A stretch of DNA of 64,000 bases from positions 9,952 through 73,951 of the forward strand of contig JAIBCI010000061.1 of the NCBI GenBank assembly GCA_019694255.1. The letters run 5' to 3'. Origin of the DNA: Saprospiraceae bacterium (GTDB lineage Bacteria > Bacteroidota > Bacteroidia > Chitinophagales > Saprospiraceae). Every line of letters starts with the position of its first letter. Position 1 is the first letter of the stretch. Both the position numbers and the translations under genes were made by a program. A model generated the notes under the pieces. That model did not search any database and was not told the origin of the DNA. It saw nothing but the letters and a program-made list of their open reading frames with translations. Below, piece after piece: positions 26,461 through 36,484 of this stretch.

Positions 26461-27025
26461 TTTTGTAGGTGGGCTTTTCTCAAACATTTATATTTTAAAT
26501 AAAAAGTTACCTTGCCAAGATGCCCGCATTTACTTGGTCATTTACTGTACACTTCTGGAGCGCTCACCAGCATTATTGATTCATATCAATTCATAACAAT
26601 CCAACAATCTGTGGTATTAAATCCATCAGTGGTTTAGCACATCGATTCAATTGTAATATTCTTATTTATTGCAAAAAGCTTATTTGAATAACCGGGAGTG
26701 TGCAAAAAAAAATGTTTAATCCGGTATTTATATGCCTTCGTCGACAGATCAACAATTGAAATTGAGCAAATGGCTTCCGGTTATTCATAGTCCAATTACC
26801 AATTGTTCACCATAGCTGCGAATTTGACTCCACTAAATTGGTTTACGCTTATGTGAAATTATACACCGCTGCGAAATTGAATTTCTCAGCAGATTAAGTA
26901 CAATCAAGCCATTAAGTTCACGTCGAAAAATGCAAAAAACCATTATAATTTTCTGTCCGATTTGGTTCAAATATATTTAATAAAATATATACCATTTTCA
27001 TTTTCAGATATTTACATTTATAGGA

Positions 27026-27076
27026 AAAATCCTGAGTAATAGATATAAACACTGAATTTTGAATACTCAGGGTTTT
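27026..27076 (+). other. Long hairpin in an ORF-free region (possible RNA structure or bidirectional terminator)
   Basis: AAAATCCTGAGTA (27026-27038) pairs with TACTCAGGGTTTT (27064-27076). That is 8 perfect bp, extended by a T-G wobble and four A-T pairs, with a 25-nt loop. Confidence 0.4.
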
Positions 27077-27176
27077 ACCTGACTCCTGTGACTTCCCGGC
27101 ACACGACCTTTGTATTGTTCATGAGATCAGAATATAAATAAAGAAGTAAAGCAGAGTTAAAGCTCCCCCCACAACA

Positions 27177-27212
27177 AAAGGCGATCCACCGGGTCGCCTT
27201 TTGTTATTTTTG
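27177..27212 (+). terminator. Intrinsic terminator-like hairpin + T-tract, 20 nt upstream of the next start codon (orphan terminator or attenuator)
   Basis: AAGGCGA-TCCACCGGG-TCGCCTT followed by TTGTTATTTTT. There is no ORF of 60 aa or more in the preceding 740 nt on either strand. Confidence 0.55.
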
Positions 27213-27230
27213 CGTCAAGTTCGAATTAGA

Positions 27231-28847
27231 ATGATTCAGAAATCGATTGGGTTAGTCCTTATATTAACTTACTTCCTGGGCACAGGGTACAGCCGCCAGC
27301 TGTTTGTATCCTCAGCGACAGGAGATGACCATCATGACGGCACTACAATGGCGCTGGCTTTGAAAACGCTGCAGTATGCTGCCAATATGAGTCAACCGGG
27401 AGACACGATTAACATTGCCCAAGGCGTCTACCGCAGTGGACAAAAGAACCTTTTAAAGATCAGCCAGAACGGCACAGCTGATCATTGGATCTATTACAAA
27501 GCCTACGGTCAGGAAAGGCCCATACTTTATATCAGCAACGAGTCAGCTATTTCATTTAACCTGGCATCCTACATTCAGATTGAAGGACTGGAGATTACTC
27601 AGGATCCTGAGTACATATCAAAGTTTAGCAATTTCGATCAAAAAGACAACATCACTTCCAAAGGCAATGGAATTCTATTTGAAAGAAGTAGAAACGAAGG
27701 TTATCTTTCACATCATATCAGACTTAAAAACAACTTTATTCATGACTGTCCCGGCACGGCGCTCGATGTCAACAGTGCAGATTACCTCGATATTGTCTTC
27801 AACACCATTCAGGCCAACGGCAATCTGAGTAGCAACAACAATTGTGGCATCAGGATGCAGTTTTTGACTGCCTTTGATCAAAAGCCCGGGGACCATATTC
27901 AGATCATGTACAACAGCATCAGTGATCACAGACAGCAGGGCGCACTGGCACGCATCAACAACACCTGTGAAGAAAGCTACGGTGGTGCTGGTATCGCTAT
28001 TCGCAATAACAGGTTTGACCCGTATCAGGTCAATCGCCCTGCCTATCAGCATGGCATTCTGATTTCCAACAATATCATCTACCTCAACGGCGGACCGGGT
28101 ATCGATATCTTCGAAACGAACAACCTGTCACTGATCAATAATACCCTCTACCAGAATAACCAGAACAATGAATCTCGGTGTGGCGAAATCGTGATTGACA
28201 AATCAAAAGGTGTTCGCGCATACAATAACATTATTGCTGCGAGACTTGGATTGCCGGGCAGCGCGGTCAATAATTATGAGGGAGTAATTTTTAAAAACAA
28301 TCTTTACGCCAATACGAAGATCTATTTCAAGGGAGAAAAAGACCTCAATGAAGATCCGCTCTTTACAACTACAGATCATCATCTCGGGCAGTTTAATTTC
28401 GAATTACGCCCGAAAAGTTCAGCAATAAATACGGGCGTCAATGAACAGCTTAGTCCTTATGATTTTCAGGGCAATATCAGGCTGATCAATGGCAGGGTAG
28501 ATATGGGCGCCATCGAATATTCGGGTTCACTGCCCAAGCCCCGTGACCACGAGCAAGCCAAAGTAGACCGCCGCCATATCACTGTTACTTGGCAATATTC
28601 GTATGCGCAGACCACCGGTCAGATTATTATTCTCAACAGCAAGGGAGAGCGGTTCTGTGCCAGGCTGTACAACAATACCGGCAAGCTGCTCGCACAAGAA
28701 ATGAATATTGACGGCAGTCGTCGGGGCGTGGAGTTTGACGTCAGCGGTTATCCCAGCGGACTTTACTTTGTGGTAAGCTACAGTGACACTGAAAAAATCT
28801 CAACAAGGTACTTTGTTCAAAATCAGTTTGCAGGCCGAGGGAGGTAG
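27231..28847 (+). CDS. Right-handed parallel beta-helix repeat protein (pectate-lyase-fold) with C-terminal sorting-type domain
   Basis: I prefer the start at the ATG at 27231 (MIQKSIGLVLILTYFLGTGYS). The N-terminal LFVSSATGDDHHDGT...LQYAANMSQPGDTINIAQGVY and repeated NNxI/NNTL turns are typical of beta-helix proteins. It ends in a beta-sandwich tail (GLYFVVSYSD). Confidence 0.8.
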   Translation: MIQKSIGLVLILTYFLGTGYSRQLFVSSATGDDHHDGTTMALALKTLQYAANMSQPGDTINIAQGVYRSGQKNLLKISQNGTADHWIYYKAYGQERPILYISNESAISFNLASYIQIEGLEITQDPEYISKFSNFDQKDNITSKGNGILFERSRNEGYLSHHIRLKNNFIHDCPGTALDVNSADYLDIVFNTIQANGNLSSNNNCGIRMQFLTAFDQKPGDHIQIMYNSISDHRQQGALARINNTCEESYGGAGIAIRNNRFDPYQVNRPAYQHGILISNNIIYLNGGPGIDIFETNNLSLINNTLYQNNQNNESRCGEIVIDKSKGVRAYNNIIAARLGLPGSAVNNYEGVIFKNNLYANTKIYFKGEKDLNEDPLFTTTDHHLGQFNFELRPKSSAINTGVNEQLSPYDFQGNIRLINGRVDMGAIEYSGSLPKPRDHEQAKVDRRHITVTWQYSYAQTTGQIIILNSKGERFCARLYNNTGKLLAQEMNIDGSRRGVEFDVSGYPSGLYFVVSYSDTEKISTRYFVQNQFAGRGR

Positions 28848-28942
28848 TTTGAATATTTGCAGCACCTCATGCAATCAATTACAAAAAATCAATATTCCTG
28901 CAATAATTGATTGTGCGATTAATTTGTTTGCAAAAATGATGT

Positions 28943-31846
28943 TTATTCCAATAGTATAAATCCCGCCCACTGGTATGGGTTAACAAACCGCTGCCGGAAT
29001 TCTGCCTGGGTTTTGTTGAACGCCTCCCGGACACTGAATTGGTTTGAAAGCCAGTTTTTATAAAAACTCAACATGAAGTCTTTCGTCTCCCGATCCGGTA
29101 TTTGCCACAGGCTCAATATCAACTGACTGGCACCGGCTAGTTTGAAAGCTCTCTGCATACCAAATACCCCTTCGATTTCATGAATGTCACCCAACGCAGT
29201 TTCACAGGCAGACAGCACCACCAGTTCTGTCTTAGACAGATCCAGCTTACTGATGGCATAGGCGGTCAAAAAGCCGTCTTCGGTATCACTTTTTCTCTCT
29301 GTGCTGCTGGCGTTATTGGCGCCTGAAAGAACCAGCGCACTGTTGACAAGACCTTTGCCGTAATAATTGCTACCACCCTGTTCAGCGGGCGCACTGCCTT
29401 TGAAATAACCGTGGGTAGCAAAGTGTAATACCCTGAATCCTTCAAGGCTTACGAGACTGTCCAATACGTTTTTTTCCGAAGCATCCATGCCTTTCAGGTA
29501 ACTTACGTTATAAGCTGCTGATTTAAAAATATCCGTCACATCCTGGCTTTCCTTGGCGGCCCAAGGCAGATAGGACCATTGCTTCGTGGTTTGATTACCT
29601 GAACGACTGGCAACCAGTTCACCGGATTCGGAATCATAATTAACACCACCAACAATCAAAGTCCGCTTACCAGTATATGACATGATTTTCTGATCATCAG
29701 GCAACACCTGCTTGCTGCTACTGAGGTAGACGAGCTCAAAAGAATCAGAGACAAAAGATTCCATTGTTAAAGGAATTGCAGAAAAGGCGATCCGATGAAT
29801 CAACCCATCTGTTACCAGATAAACTTTTTTAACACCGGAAAGATTTTGCCCCAGCGGCTTCCATACCATTTCTGCCAGAGACTTTCTTTTTGCTTCCACC
29901 GCTGCCGCGCCGCGGTTCGAAAAATCATAAAGTGCTGCCACATAGTCTGAAGTTCTGCCACCCTTCGTCTGTATGATCGCCGCAAGGTCTGATTCACTGC
30001 AAAGGTCAACATAAGTAGGCTGTTCCATTCCGTTTCTTAACACGAGCGATCCATAGAATATTGAATCCCCATGTTCCGCTTCCGGAAAACTAATGAACTC
30101 AATGGCGGCATCCTCTTCGGTCAATGCCATGCGAACGTCGTCCCATTTAACCGTAGCGTCATCATCCGCAAAAGATCCAATCTTGCGCGAAATTTCTGCC
30201 TCCTTCTCTGAAATACGGCTCTCCAATTCTGCTGTATTATCTCGCTCAGAGACAGGTCTGTTTAGTTCATTTTCCAATTGTCTGTGCAAAGAGATGACCT
30301 CATCCCTGGCTTCATTCACCTGCTTCGCTTTATACAGGTTGATTCTCATCCGCTGCATATGGTTGAGAATATAGGAACGGTAGAATAGATTCAAATCATA
30401 GGCCATGGTACACAGGTCATGGTCATTCGGAAGTTCTCTGACAAAACTGTAGATTTCATGGATATAATCAACAAATTCGCTGACCTTTTCACTGAGCTCT
30501 TTTTCTGATAGAAATCGTCCTACTCTTTTGAGATAATTGCGCGGCACAGCATTCACTTTTTTGATGATGGCAACGGCTTCTGCGTTCTGTCCGCTTTTTC
30601 TTAAAAACCTGGCATAGCCCATCTGGGCATTGAAGTATTCGATATGGTCACTGCCGAGACTCGATTGAATTATTTGCACGGCATTTTTAAAATTCTTCGA
30701 TGCCTGTTCATTTTCATTTTGTTTGCTCTGAATGGTAGCCAAAGTAATGAGTGCATGGGCATACGTCGGATGATTTTTTCCATAGATTTTTAATATTAAC
30801 TGTGTTGCTTTTTCCGCATAAGGATAAGCTGACTTGTATTCCTTTGCTCCAATAAACAAATTTGCAAGATTGAGCAAATTGAGGGCATAGTCGTCCCTGT
30901 CAGTTAATGACGCCTTTTCTCTTCGTAGCAATGATTCCTTAAATAATTTCTCAGCACCGTCTCTATCCTTCAACTTTTCCTTCAGCAACGCGAGATAGTC
31001 CAGAAACTTAAAATAGTCTGCGTGCGTAGTATCGTTGAGGCTATTGAAAATACCAATGCCATCTTGTATGCAATGAATTGCTTTTTCATAACGGCCCAGG
31101 TCAGAATAATAATCTGCGACATTATACAGGCTGTTGGCGTAATCTTTCGTTCGTTTGCCACTTAATTTCTCTTTGATCCTGAGCGATGTCTGAAACAACT
31201 CATCGGCTTTATCAAAACGGTTCAACCGGCAATAGACCATGGCGAGGTTGTTGGCTATCCTGGCATATTGTATGTCTTCACCTCCGTTAATCTGAAAACT
31301 GAGTTGACGGGCCTCCTGAAAGGTTTTCTCTGCTTCACTGTATTTTGCCTGTACGTTATACAAAAAACCCAAGGTATTCAGCGTCTGGGTATATTTCGTG
31401 TCTTTGGTACCAAACAGCTGCTTGTACAGGTTTCTGGCCTGAATAATACTGTTGACCGCACCGGCATAATCACTCAGCCTGTAATTGGTCAGGCCAATCT
31501 GATTATAAATTCTTGCTCTGATGGTGTCATTGATAGCCGTTGCATTCAAAGCCAATTTGTAATTGTTCAGCGCCTTACTGAATTGCTGTAGCTGGTAATA
31601 TCCATCACCGGTCAGGTTAAAAAGGTCCACACTGTCTGCAGGACTCAGTACTTTTTGTGAACTTAGGACCGGTTCCAAAAGGTCTAAGGCTTCCTGTGAT
31701 TTTTTTGCATTCAGTAATTTATCCGCTGAGGTAATAATATCCTTGATGGACCCGGACTGAGCAGCCAACTGAAAACTTAACGATTGCGATAACACCACCA
31801 TTGCAATCGCGCTCCGCCAGATGCCAAGCTTCAAATCAATCATCAT
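28943..31846 (-). CDS. TPR-repeat + CHAT-domain (caspase-fold) protein with N-terminal signal peptide
   Basis: I prefer the start at ATGATG 31846/31843 (MMIDLKLGIWRSAIAMVVLSQSLSFQLAAQ). It has about 9 TPR units (YNQIGLTNYRLSDYAGAV, LNTLGFLYNVQAKYSEAE and similar) and a central coiled coil. The C-terminal CHAT domain carries the His/Cys dyad contexts VLHFATHGYF and LVVLSACETALG. Confidence 0.85.
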   Translation of the reverse strand: MMIDLKLGIWRSAIAMVVLSQSLSFQLAAQSGSIKDIITSADKLLNAKKSQEALDLLEPVLSSQKVLSPADSVDLFNLTGDGYYQLQQFSKALNNYKLALNATAINDTIRARIYNQIGLTNYRLSDYAGAVNSIIQARNLYKQLFGTKDTKYTQTLNTLGFLYNVQAKYSEAEKTFQEARQLSFQINGGEDIQYARIANNLAMVYCRLNRFDKADELFQTSLRIKEKLSGKRTKDYANSLYNVADYYSDLGRYEKAIHCIQDGIGIFNSLNDTTHADYFKFLDYLALLKEKLKDRDGAEKLFKESLLRREKASLTDRDDYALNLLNLANLFIGAKEYKSAYPYAEKATQLILKIYGKNHPTYAHALITLATIQSKQNENEQASKNFKNAVQIIQSSLGSDHIEYFNAQMGYARFLRKSGQNAEAVAIIKKVNAVPRNYLKRVGRFLSEKELSEKVSEFVDYIHEIYSFVRELPNDHDLCTMAYDLNLFYRSYILNHMQRMRINLYKAKQVNEARDEVISLHRQLENELNRPVSERDNTAELESRISEKEAEISRKIGSFADDDATVKWDDVRMALTEEDAAIEFISFPEAEHGDSIFYGSLVLRNGMEQPTYVDLCSESDLAAIIQTKGGRTSDYVAALYDFSNRGAAAVEAKRKSLAEMVWKPLGQNLSGVKKVYLVTDGLIHRIAFSAIPLTMESFVSDSFELVYLSSSKQVLPDDQKIMSYTGKRTLIVGGVNYDSESGELVASRSGNQTTKQWSYLPWAAKESQDVTDIFKSAAYNVSYLKGMDASEKNVLDSLVSLEGFRVLHFATHGYFKGSAPAEQGGSNYYGKGLVNSALVLSGANNASSTERKSDTEDGFLTAYAISKLDLSKTELVVLSACETALGDIHEIEGVFGMQRAFKLAGASQLILSLWQIPDRETKDFMLSFYKNWLSNQFSVREAFNKTQAEFRQRFVNPYQWAGFILLE

Positions 31847-31924
31847 ATTACAAAAATAGCAAATCTTCCGGCATAGGAGCAATTCCTTATCTCGTCTGGA
31901 CTTGTTCCCTAACAATCGTTTGAA

Positions 31925-31932
31925 TAGTTTTG
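31925..31932 (+). promoter_or_regulatory. Candidate -7 box (TAGTTTTG) for the LRR gene; a mirror candidate TAACTTTG sits on the minus strand at 31961-31968 for the CHAT gene
   Basis: Exact TAnnTTTG matches in the 153-bp divergent intergenic region, 68 nt upstream of ATG 32000 and 115 nt upstream of ATG 31846. Support is positional only. Confidence 0.3.
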
Positions 31933-31999
31933 CCAAACAGGAATTAAAGTATATATTCGCCAAAGTTATTTTCATTTAACTTAAAACAAAGTTCATATT

Positions 32000-34693
32000 A
32001 TGAAAAAGTACCTGTATTCATATTCTCTTATTGCAGGTTTCTTCATGCTGCTAATTGATTCCTCTAATCTCATTGCCCAGGCACCACTGGCATGTAACAG
32101 GACCAACGATAGCATGGAGCTCGTCAGCTTCTACAATCAATATGATGGCGATAACTGGACTAACAACACCAACTGGCTTGTCCCCGGAGAATCAATCGAT
32201 ACCTGGTATGGGGTTGAAGTCAGCGCACAAGGTTGCGTTATCGGGTTACGCCTTGACGAAAATAATCTGGTCGGCAAATTAATGGACCTGAAGTTGAATA
32301 ATCTGAGAGTACTGAGTTTGAGTAAAAATTTTATTGAAGGTGAACTGGTAAACTTTTCCAATATACCTTTGGTAGATTCACTGAATCTGTCAGATAATCT
32401 AATTTCAGGTACATTACCCGATTTCAACAACCTGGGCAATCTTGTTACACTGGATATCAGCGTTAATTCAATTGAAGGGCCAATACCTGATTTTTCTAAA
32501 TTTCCAAAACTGGTAACACTCAGCCTTTACGATAATTCTCTCACCGGAAGTATTCCGGATTTTACAAAACTGAGGAGTCTGGAGACGATGTGGATCGATG
32601 GCAATCAACTGAGCGGCACGATTCCCAATTTTTCCAATCTTCCGGAACTTGGCAGCCTTTATTTGGGAAGAAATAACTTTAGCGGAACCATTCCGGTTTT
32701 TACAAAAGTCCCGCAAATGTTTTTTTTAAGTTACGGAGAAAACAATTTTACGGGAACGATTCCGCAATTCACCAATATGCCGAAACTCTGGATGCTTGAC
32801 CTCTCCTCATGCAACCTATCCGGTAGTATACCGACATTGAATCTGCCCAATCTACATACACTTTTTCTGAGGAACAATAATTTCACTGGTCCTTTGCCGG
32901 ATTTTTCAAATGTTAAACTTTTGGATTTTCTTGAACTTGGTGCCAACCAACTCACCGGAAGCCTTCCTGATTTTTCTAACCTGCCTGATTTATATTCTGT
33001 ATGGCTTTATGATAACTTTTTTTCAGGCCCTATTCCCAATTCCCCGTTTGTTGAGTTTTATCACTATGAGGGTAATAAATTTACCTTCAGTGATATCCTT
33101 GCTTCCGGTAAAAAAAGTCCAAATTATTACTATGATTCGCAAAAGGATTTTTACACTGATACAGTAATTATGGTTGCAAAAAACAAACCGCTCATCATAG
33201 ATTTGGGAATCGATAAAAATATCAAGGACAATAACTATGATGTATATTTAGTGGACAATGGCCTGTTGAATTATCGGTTCAGCCAGGATTCAAATAAAAT
33301 CCTTTTTTCTAATCCGCAGGCATCAAATTCAGGCCGTTACATTGTGAAAGTATCGAATCCGCGTCTTCCTTTATTGGAGTTAAAGAGCAAGACAATTTCA
33401 CTTAGAATTTGCGATGTTCAAAAAGACTCAATGGAACTGGTCAGGTTGTATAATTCGACAGGCGGTAACAGCTGGACCAATCACAACAACTGGCTGATCC
33501 CAGGAAAAAAAATCAACGAGTGGTATGGTATCCATACCAACAATCTGGGATGCGTTCAGTCGATTGATCTAAGTAATAATAACCTGCAAGGTAGTATTCC
33601 GCTTCTGGACCTGAACACACTCGACACCGCCATTTTTGCAAACAACGTGCTTAACGGAAAAATTCCTGAAGTAAAAATTCCATTTATCAAGACACTTAAC
33701 CTGAGTCAGAATCAATTGTCCGGGCCCATACCACAAACCATCAACAACTGGAATAATATTCAAAATCTGAACTTGAGCAAAAACGGACTTTCCGGAGGTG
33801 TTCCGCCGGACCTGGGTGACCTTTGTGATCTTCGCTCGCTGAAAATTAATGACAACAAACTGAAGGGTCAGCTACCGGATAATCTCACCATGTTGCCCAA
33901 TCTTGAAGTTGGTAAGGTTGATTTCGGAAATAATGAAATCGACTCGCTCAATGATAAGTTTATTTGGTTTTGTCCATTTGGGGATAGCATATTCAGGTCA
34001 AATCCTGCTTACGACAGATTTCTGGGAATCTGCAATGTCAAATGCAGCGGAAAGGAATTCGAATCGCTCAAGGACTTTGCATGGATAGAAGATACCATCA
34101 AACATCTGAATTGCAAGTTAAGTAACTGTGAGTTTACTGATGTCCATGCGGGTTTTGTCAATGTTCGAAATGTAAAGGTATTCTATACACATACGCGATG
34201 TTACACAGTGAAAGGGCCTCCATCAGAATACTCAGATGAGGTGAAGTTCTATGACTGTGGAGGACACTTGCTCGAAGTTGTGAACAATACCGATAAAAAC
34301 AATTTTGCGACAATGTATCATGCGATAACGCAGGAGGATTTTGATAATCTGGCGTATGATATCAAATGGACTTGCGGTCAGTCACTAAATAGTTCAACCA
34401 GTACAAAAGACCATGTGAACCGTTCAAAGAAGTGGCGGGGTGTTGCTTTCAAACTCGACTTCAGCCCGAATCCCGCGATTGAAAAGACTACCTGTGTTAT
34501 TCCCGAATTTTTTGAAACGAATCCTATTATTGCTTTAACTAATAATCTGGGACAGGTCTTTAGTGTAGATTATATCAAAGGACCATCATCCCTCGAACTG
34601 AATGTCAGCAAGTTGCAGACTGGGATTTATACAGTAACCGTGAGGTCAGCAAACCAATTTTATACCGGAAAAATCTTTGTACAGAAAATATAA
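32000..34693 (+). CDS. Leucine-rich-repeat protein (plant-type 23-24-residue LRRs, two blocks) with T9SS C-terminal domain
   Basis: 897 aa with the signal peptide ...SSNLIAQ. It has repeated LxxLxLxxNxLxGxIPDF units (NSLTGSIPDFTKL, NQLSGTIPNFSNL, NNFSGTIPVFTKV and others). Two LRRNT-like caps are present (DSMELVSFYNQYDGDNWTNNTNWL...WYGVEV and DSMELVRLYNSTGGNSWTNHNNWL...WYGIHT). The tail is Por-type (FSPNPAIEKT...YTVTVRS). Confidence 0.85.
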   Translation: MKKYLYSYSLIAGFFMLLIDSSNLIAQAPLACNRTNDSMELVSFYNQYDGDNWTNNTNWLVPGESIDTWYGVEVSAQGCVIGLRLDENNLVGKLMDLKLNNLRVLSLSKNFIEGELVNFSNIPLVDSLNLSDNLISGTLPDFNNLGNLVTLDISVNSIEGPIPDFSKFPKLVTLSLYDNSLTGSIPDFTKLRSLETMWIDGNQLSGTIPNFSNLPELGSLYLGRNNFSGTIPVFTKVPQMFFLSYGENNFTGTIPQFTNMPKLWMLDLSSCNLSGSIPTLNLPNLHTLFLRNNNFTGPLPDFSNVKLLDFLELGANQLTGSLPDFSNLPDLYSVWLYDNFFSGPIPNSPFVEFYHYEGNKFTFSDILASGKKSPNYYYDSQKDFYTDTVIMVAKNKPLIIDLGIDKNIKDNNYDVYLVDNGLLNYRFSQDSNKILFSNPQASNSGRYIVKVSNPRLPLLELKSKTISLRICDVQKDSMELVRLYNSTGGNSWTNHNNWLIPGKKINEWYGIHTNNLGCVQSIDLSNNNLQGSIPLLDLNTLDTAIFANNVLNGKIPEVKIPFIKTLNLSQNQLSGPIPQTINNWNNIQNLNLSKNGLSGGVPPDLGDLCDLRSLKINDNKLKGQLPDNLTMLPNLEVGKVDFGNNEIDSLNDKFIWFCPFGDSIFRSNPAYDRFLGICNVKCSGKEFESLKDFAWIEDTIKHLNCKLSNCEFTDVHAGFVNVRNVKVFYTHTRCYTVKGPPSEYSDEVKFYDCGGHLLEVVNNTDKNNFATMYHAITQEDFDNLAYDIKWTCGQSLNSSTSTKDHVNRSKKWRGVAFKLDFSPNPAIEKTTCVIPEFFETNPIIALTNNLGQVFSVDYIKGPSSLELNVSKLQTGIYTVTVRSANQFYTGKIFVQKI

Positions 34694-35015
34694 GCTCACC
34701 AAGCCTCACAAATTAAATTTAACCCTTTTTTTATTTTCACGACCACTGGGGTAGTGAGAATGAATGAAGTTTACTCCAAAGTTCAATTTGTGAAATGTAT
34801 ATATTACAGTTTATGAATGAATATCCTGTAAGTTGCATTAAGCATTAGTTGACTTAATTGAAAAATCAAAAAAATACAGACTATTCGTTTGATTGAAGTT
34901 TCCGAATGTAATCATCAAACTTGATTGCGTGAGACCATTTCGCACTTTTTTCTGCTAAAAAATATTTTTAGGACGCTACGTTAATAAGGCTTATATTTAA
35001 AACAAATTTTTAGTT

Positions 35016-36368
35016 ATGATGAGGAAGATCTTTCCATTCACCGTTGTTTTGTTAACATACTTCAACTCTACTTCGGCACAAACGTCAGGAGTAAAATTAA
35101 TGCCATATATAAGCAAATTTTTCCAAGAGGAATGGCAAGACAAAACACTTGTTTCTGCTCCGGTTGTTGATTGCAATGCAGCCTCCACCGGATTGACTCC
35201 CATCATCGACCTTGAAAAAAAATCGTTTACGAACGCCTGGTCGGAGACTTGGCCTGGTGGATTGTATCCCGGAGGTTCAAATGAGATGCCAGCGGCACAC
35301 AAACAAGCAGGAATTCTTGTTTCGCAGCAGATCATACCCATGAATACTTCTGGTAATCCGGATGAGATCAATGGAAAAGTGGTATGGCTATCGATCGGCA
35401 TGTCCAATACGACTGCTGAAACGCAGCGATTTATTCCAACAGCCAATAGCTATCCGAACAAAAGCAACAAACTCATCTTCGTGGATGGTGCCCAGGGAGG
35501 AATGACGGCCGGCATTATTTGTACACCTTCGCAATCCAATTATAATGTATTCTGGAACACCGTCACCAACCGCCTGACCAATGCCGGTGTCAGCGCAGCG
35601 CAGGTACAGGTGATCTGGCTGAAGGAGGCCAATCCCGCTGGAACAACACCGATCAAGACCTATTATGATTCACTCGTTGTTCAGCATAAAAGAATTTGCC
35701 ACGAACTGAAATTGAGATTCCCCAATGCGAGATTATGCTATTTAAGCAGTCGGATTTCCGGTCGTTACGCCTCATCTACACTTAATCCTGAACCCTATGC
35801 CTACTATTCAGGATGGGTGGTCAAACATCTTATTGAAGATCAAATCAACGGGGACACCACCCTTGTATTTAATGGCACCAATGCAAGATCCCCTTTTCTT
35901 CTCTGGGGACCTTATTTGTGGTCTGACGGCAGTACACCGCAATCCGCTCATCCTACGATTGCTTTGCAATGCCCGGATGATTTTCAATCAGACGGAACAC
36001 ATCCAAGTACGCAGGGTGCACAAAAAATCGCCGGCTGGATGCTTGATTTTTTTACCCATGACGATCTGGCCTGTTCATGGTTTTTTGAAAATACGCCTTC
36101 ATTTTGTCTGGTCAGCTCTTTCACTGATAATCATCGGGTTCCGGTTGATGTTTATCCTAACCCTTTCAAAGAATCAATCCAAATCGATGCAGATCTTATC
36201 AGAACCCTTGAACTCTCCACCACATCTGGCAGTATAGTGTACCGTAGTTCTAATCCTGGTTACAAAATTGAATTCAGCAATATTCCTGACGGATTATACC
36301 TCTGCAGGATAACCGATATCAACGGTAATTCCTATCTGAAAAAATTGGTGAAAACTTCAGGACACTGA
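35016..36368 (+). CDS. Secreted SGNH/GDSL-like hydrolase-fold protein with T9SS C-terminal domain
   Basis: 450 aa with the signal peptide ...STSAQ. A block I-like VVWLSIGMSNT and a block V-like FQSDGTHPS suggest an SGNH esterase fold (by eye only). The tail is Por-type (VDVYPNPFKESIQI...GLYLCRITD). Confidence 0.55.
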   Translation: MMRKIFPFTVVLLTYFNSTSAQTSGVKLMPYISKFFQEEWQDKTLVSAPVVDCNAASTGLTPIIDLEKKSFTNAWSETWPGGLYPGGSNEMPAAHKQAGILVSQQIIPMNTSGNPDEINGKVVWLSIGMSNTTAETQRFIPTANSYPNKSNKLIFVDGAQGGMTAGIICTPSQSNYNVFWNTVTNRLTNAGVSAAQVQVIWLKEANPAGTTPIKTYYDSLVVQHKRICHELKLRFPNARLCYLSSRISGRYASSTLNPEPYAYYSGWVVKHLIEDQINGDTTLVFNGTNARSPFLLWGPYLWSDGSTPQSAHPTIALQCPDDFQSDGTHPSTQGAQKIAGWMLDFFTHDDLACSWFFENTPSFCLVSSFTDNHRVPVDVYPNPFKESIQIDADLIRTLELSTTSGSIVYRSSNPGYKIEFSNIPDGLYLCRITDINGNSYLKKLVKTSGH

Positions 36369-36484
36369 TTTCAAGTTCGACCAGTTTATACTTTTACTAA
36401 TTGCAGATAATGCATTCGGAAGAAATGATTTCGAAGCATTCACTTTTGAAAGTTTTGCCTGTTGCACTTTGCTAATTTATCCAA

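Noticed and set aside
27031-27120. Faint resemblance to a TPP riboswitch (CUGAGUAA ... UACCUGAC)
   Set aside because: It lacks the GGGGUGC and GCGUAGGGA cores and the P3 architecture. The downstream gene, a secreted beta-helix protein, has no link to thiamine.
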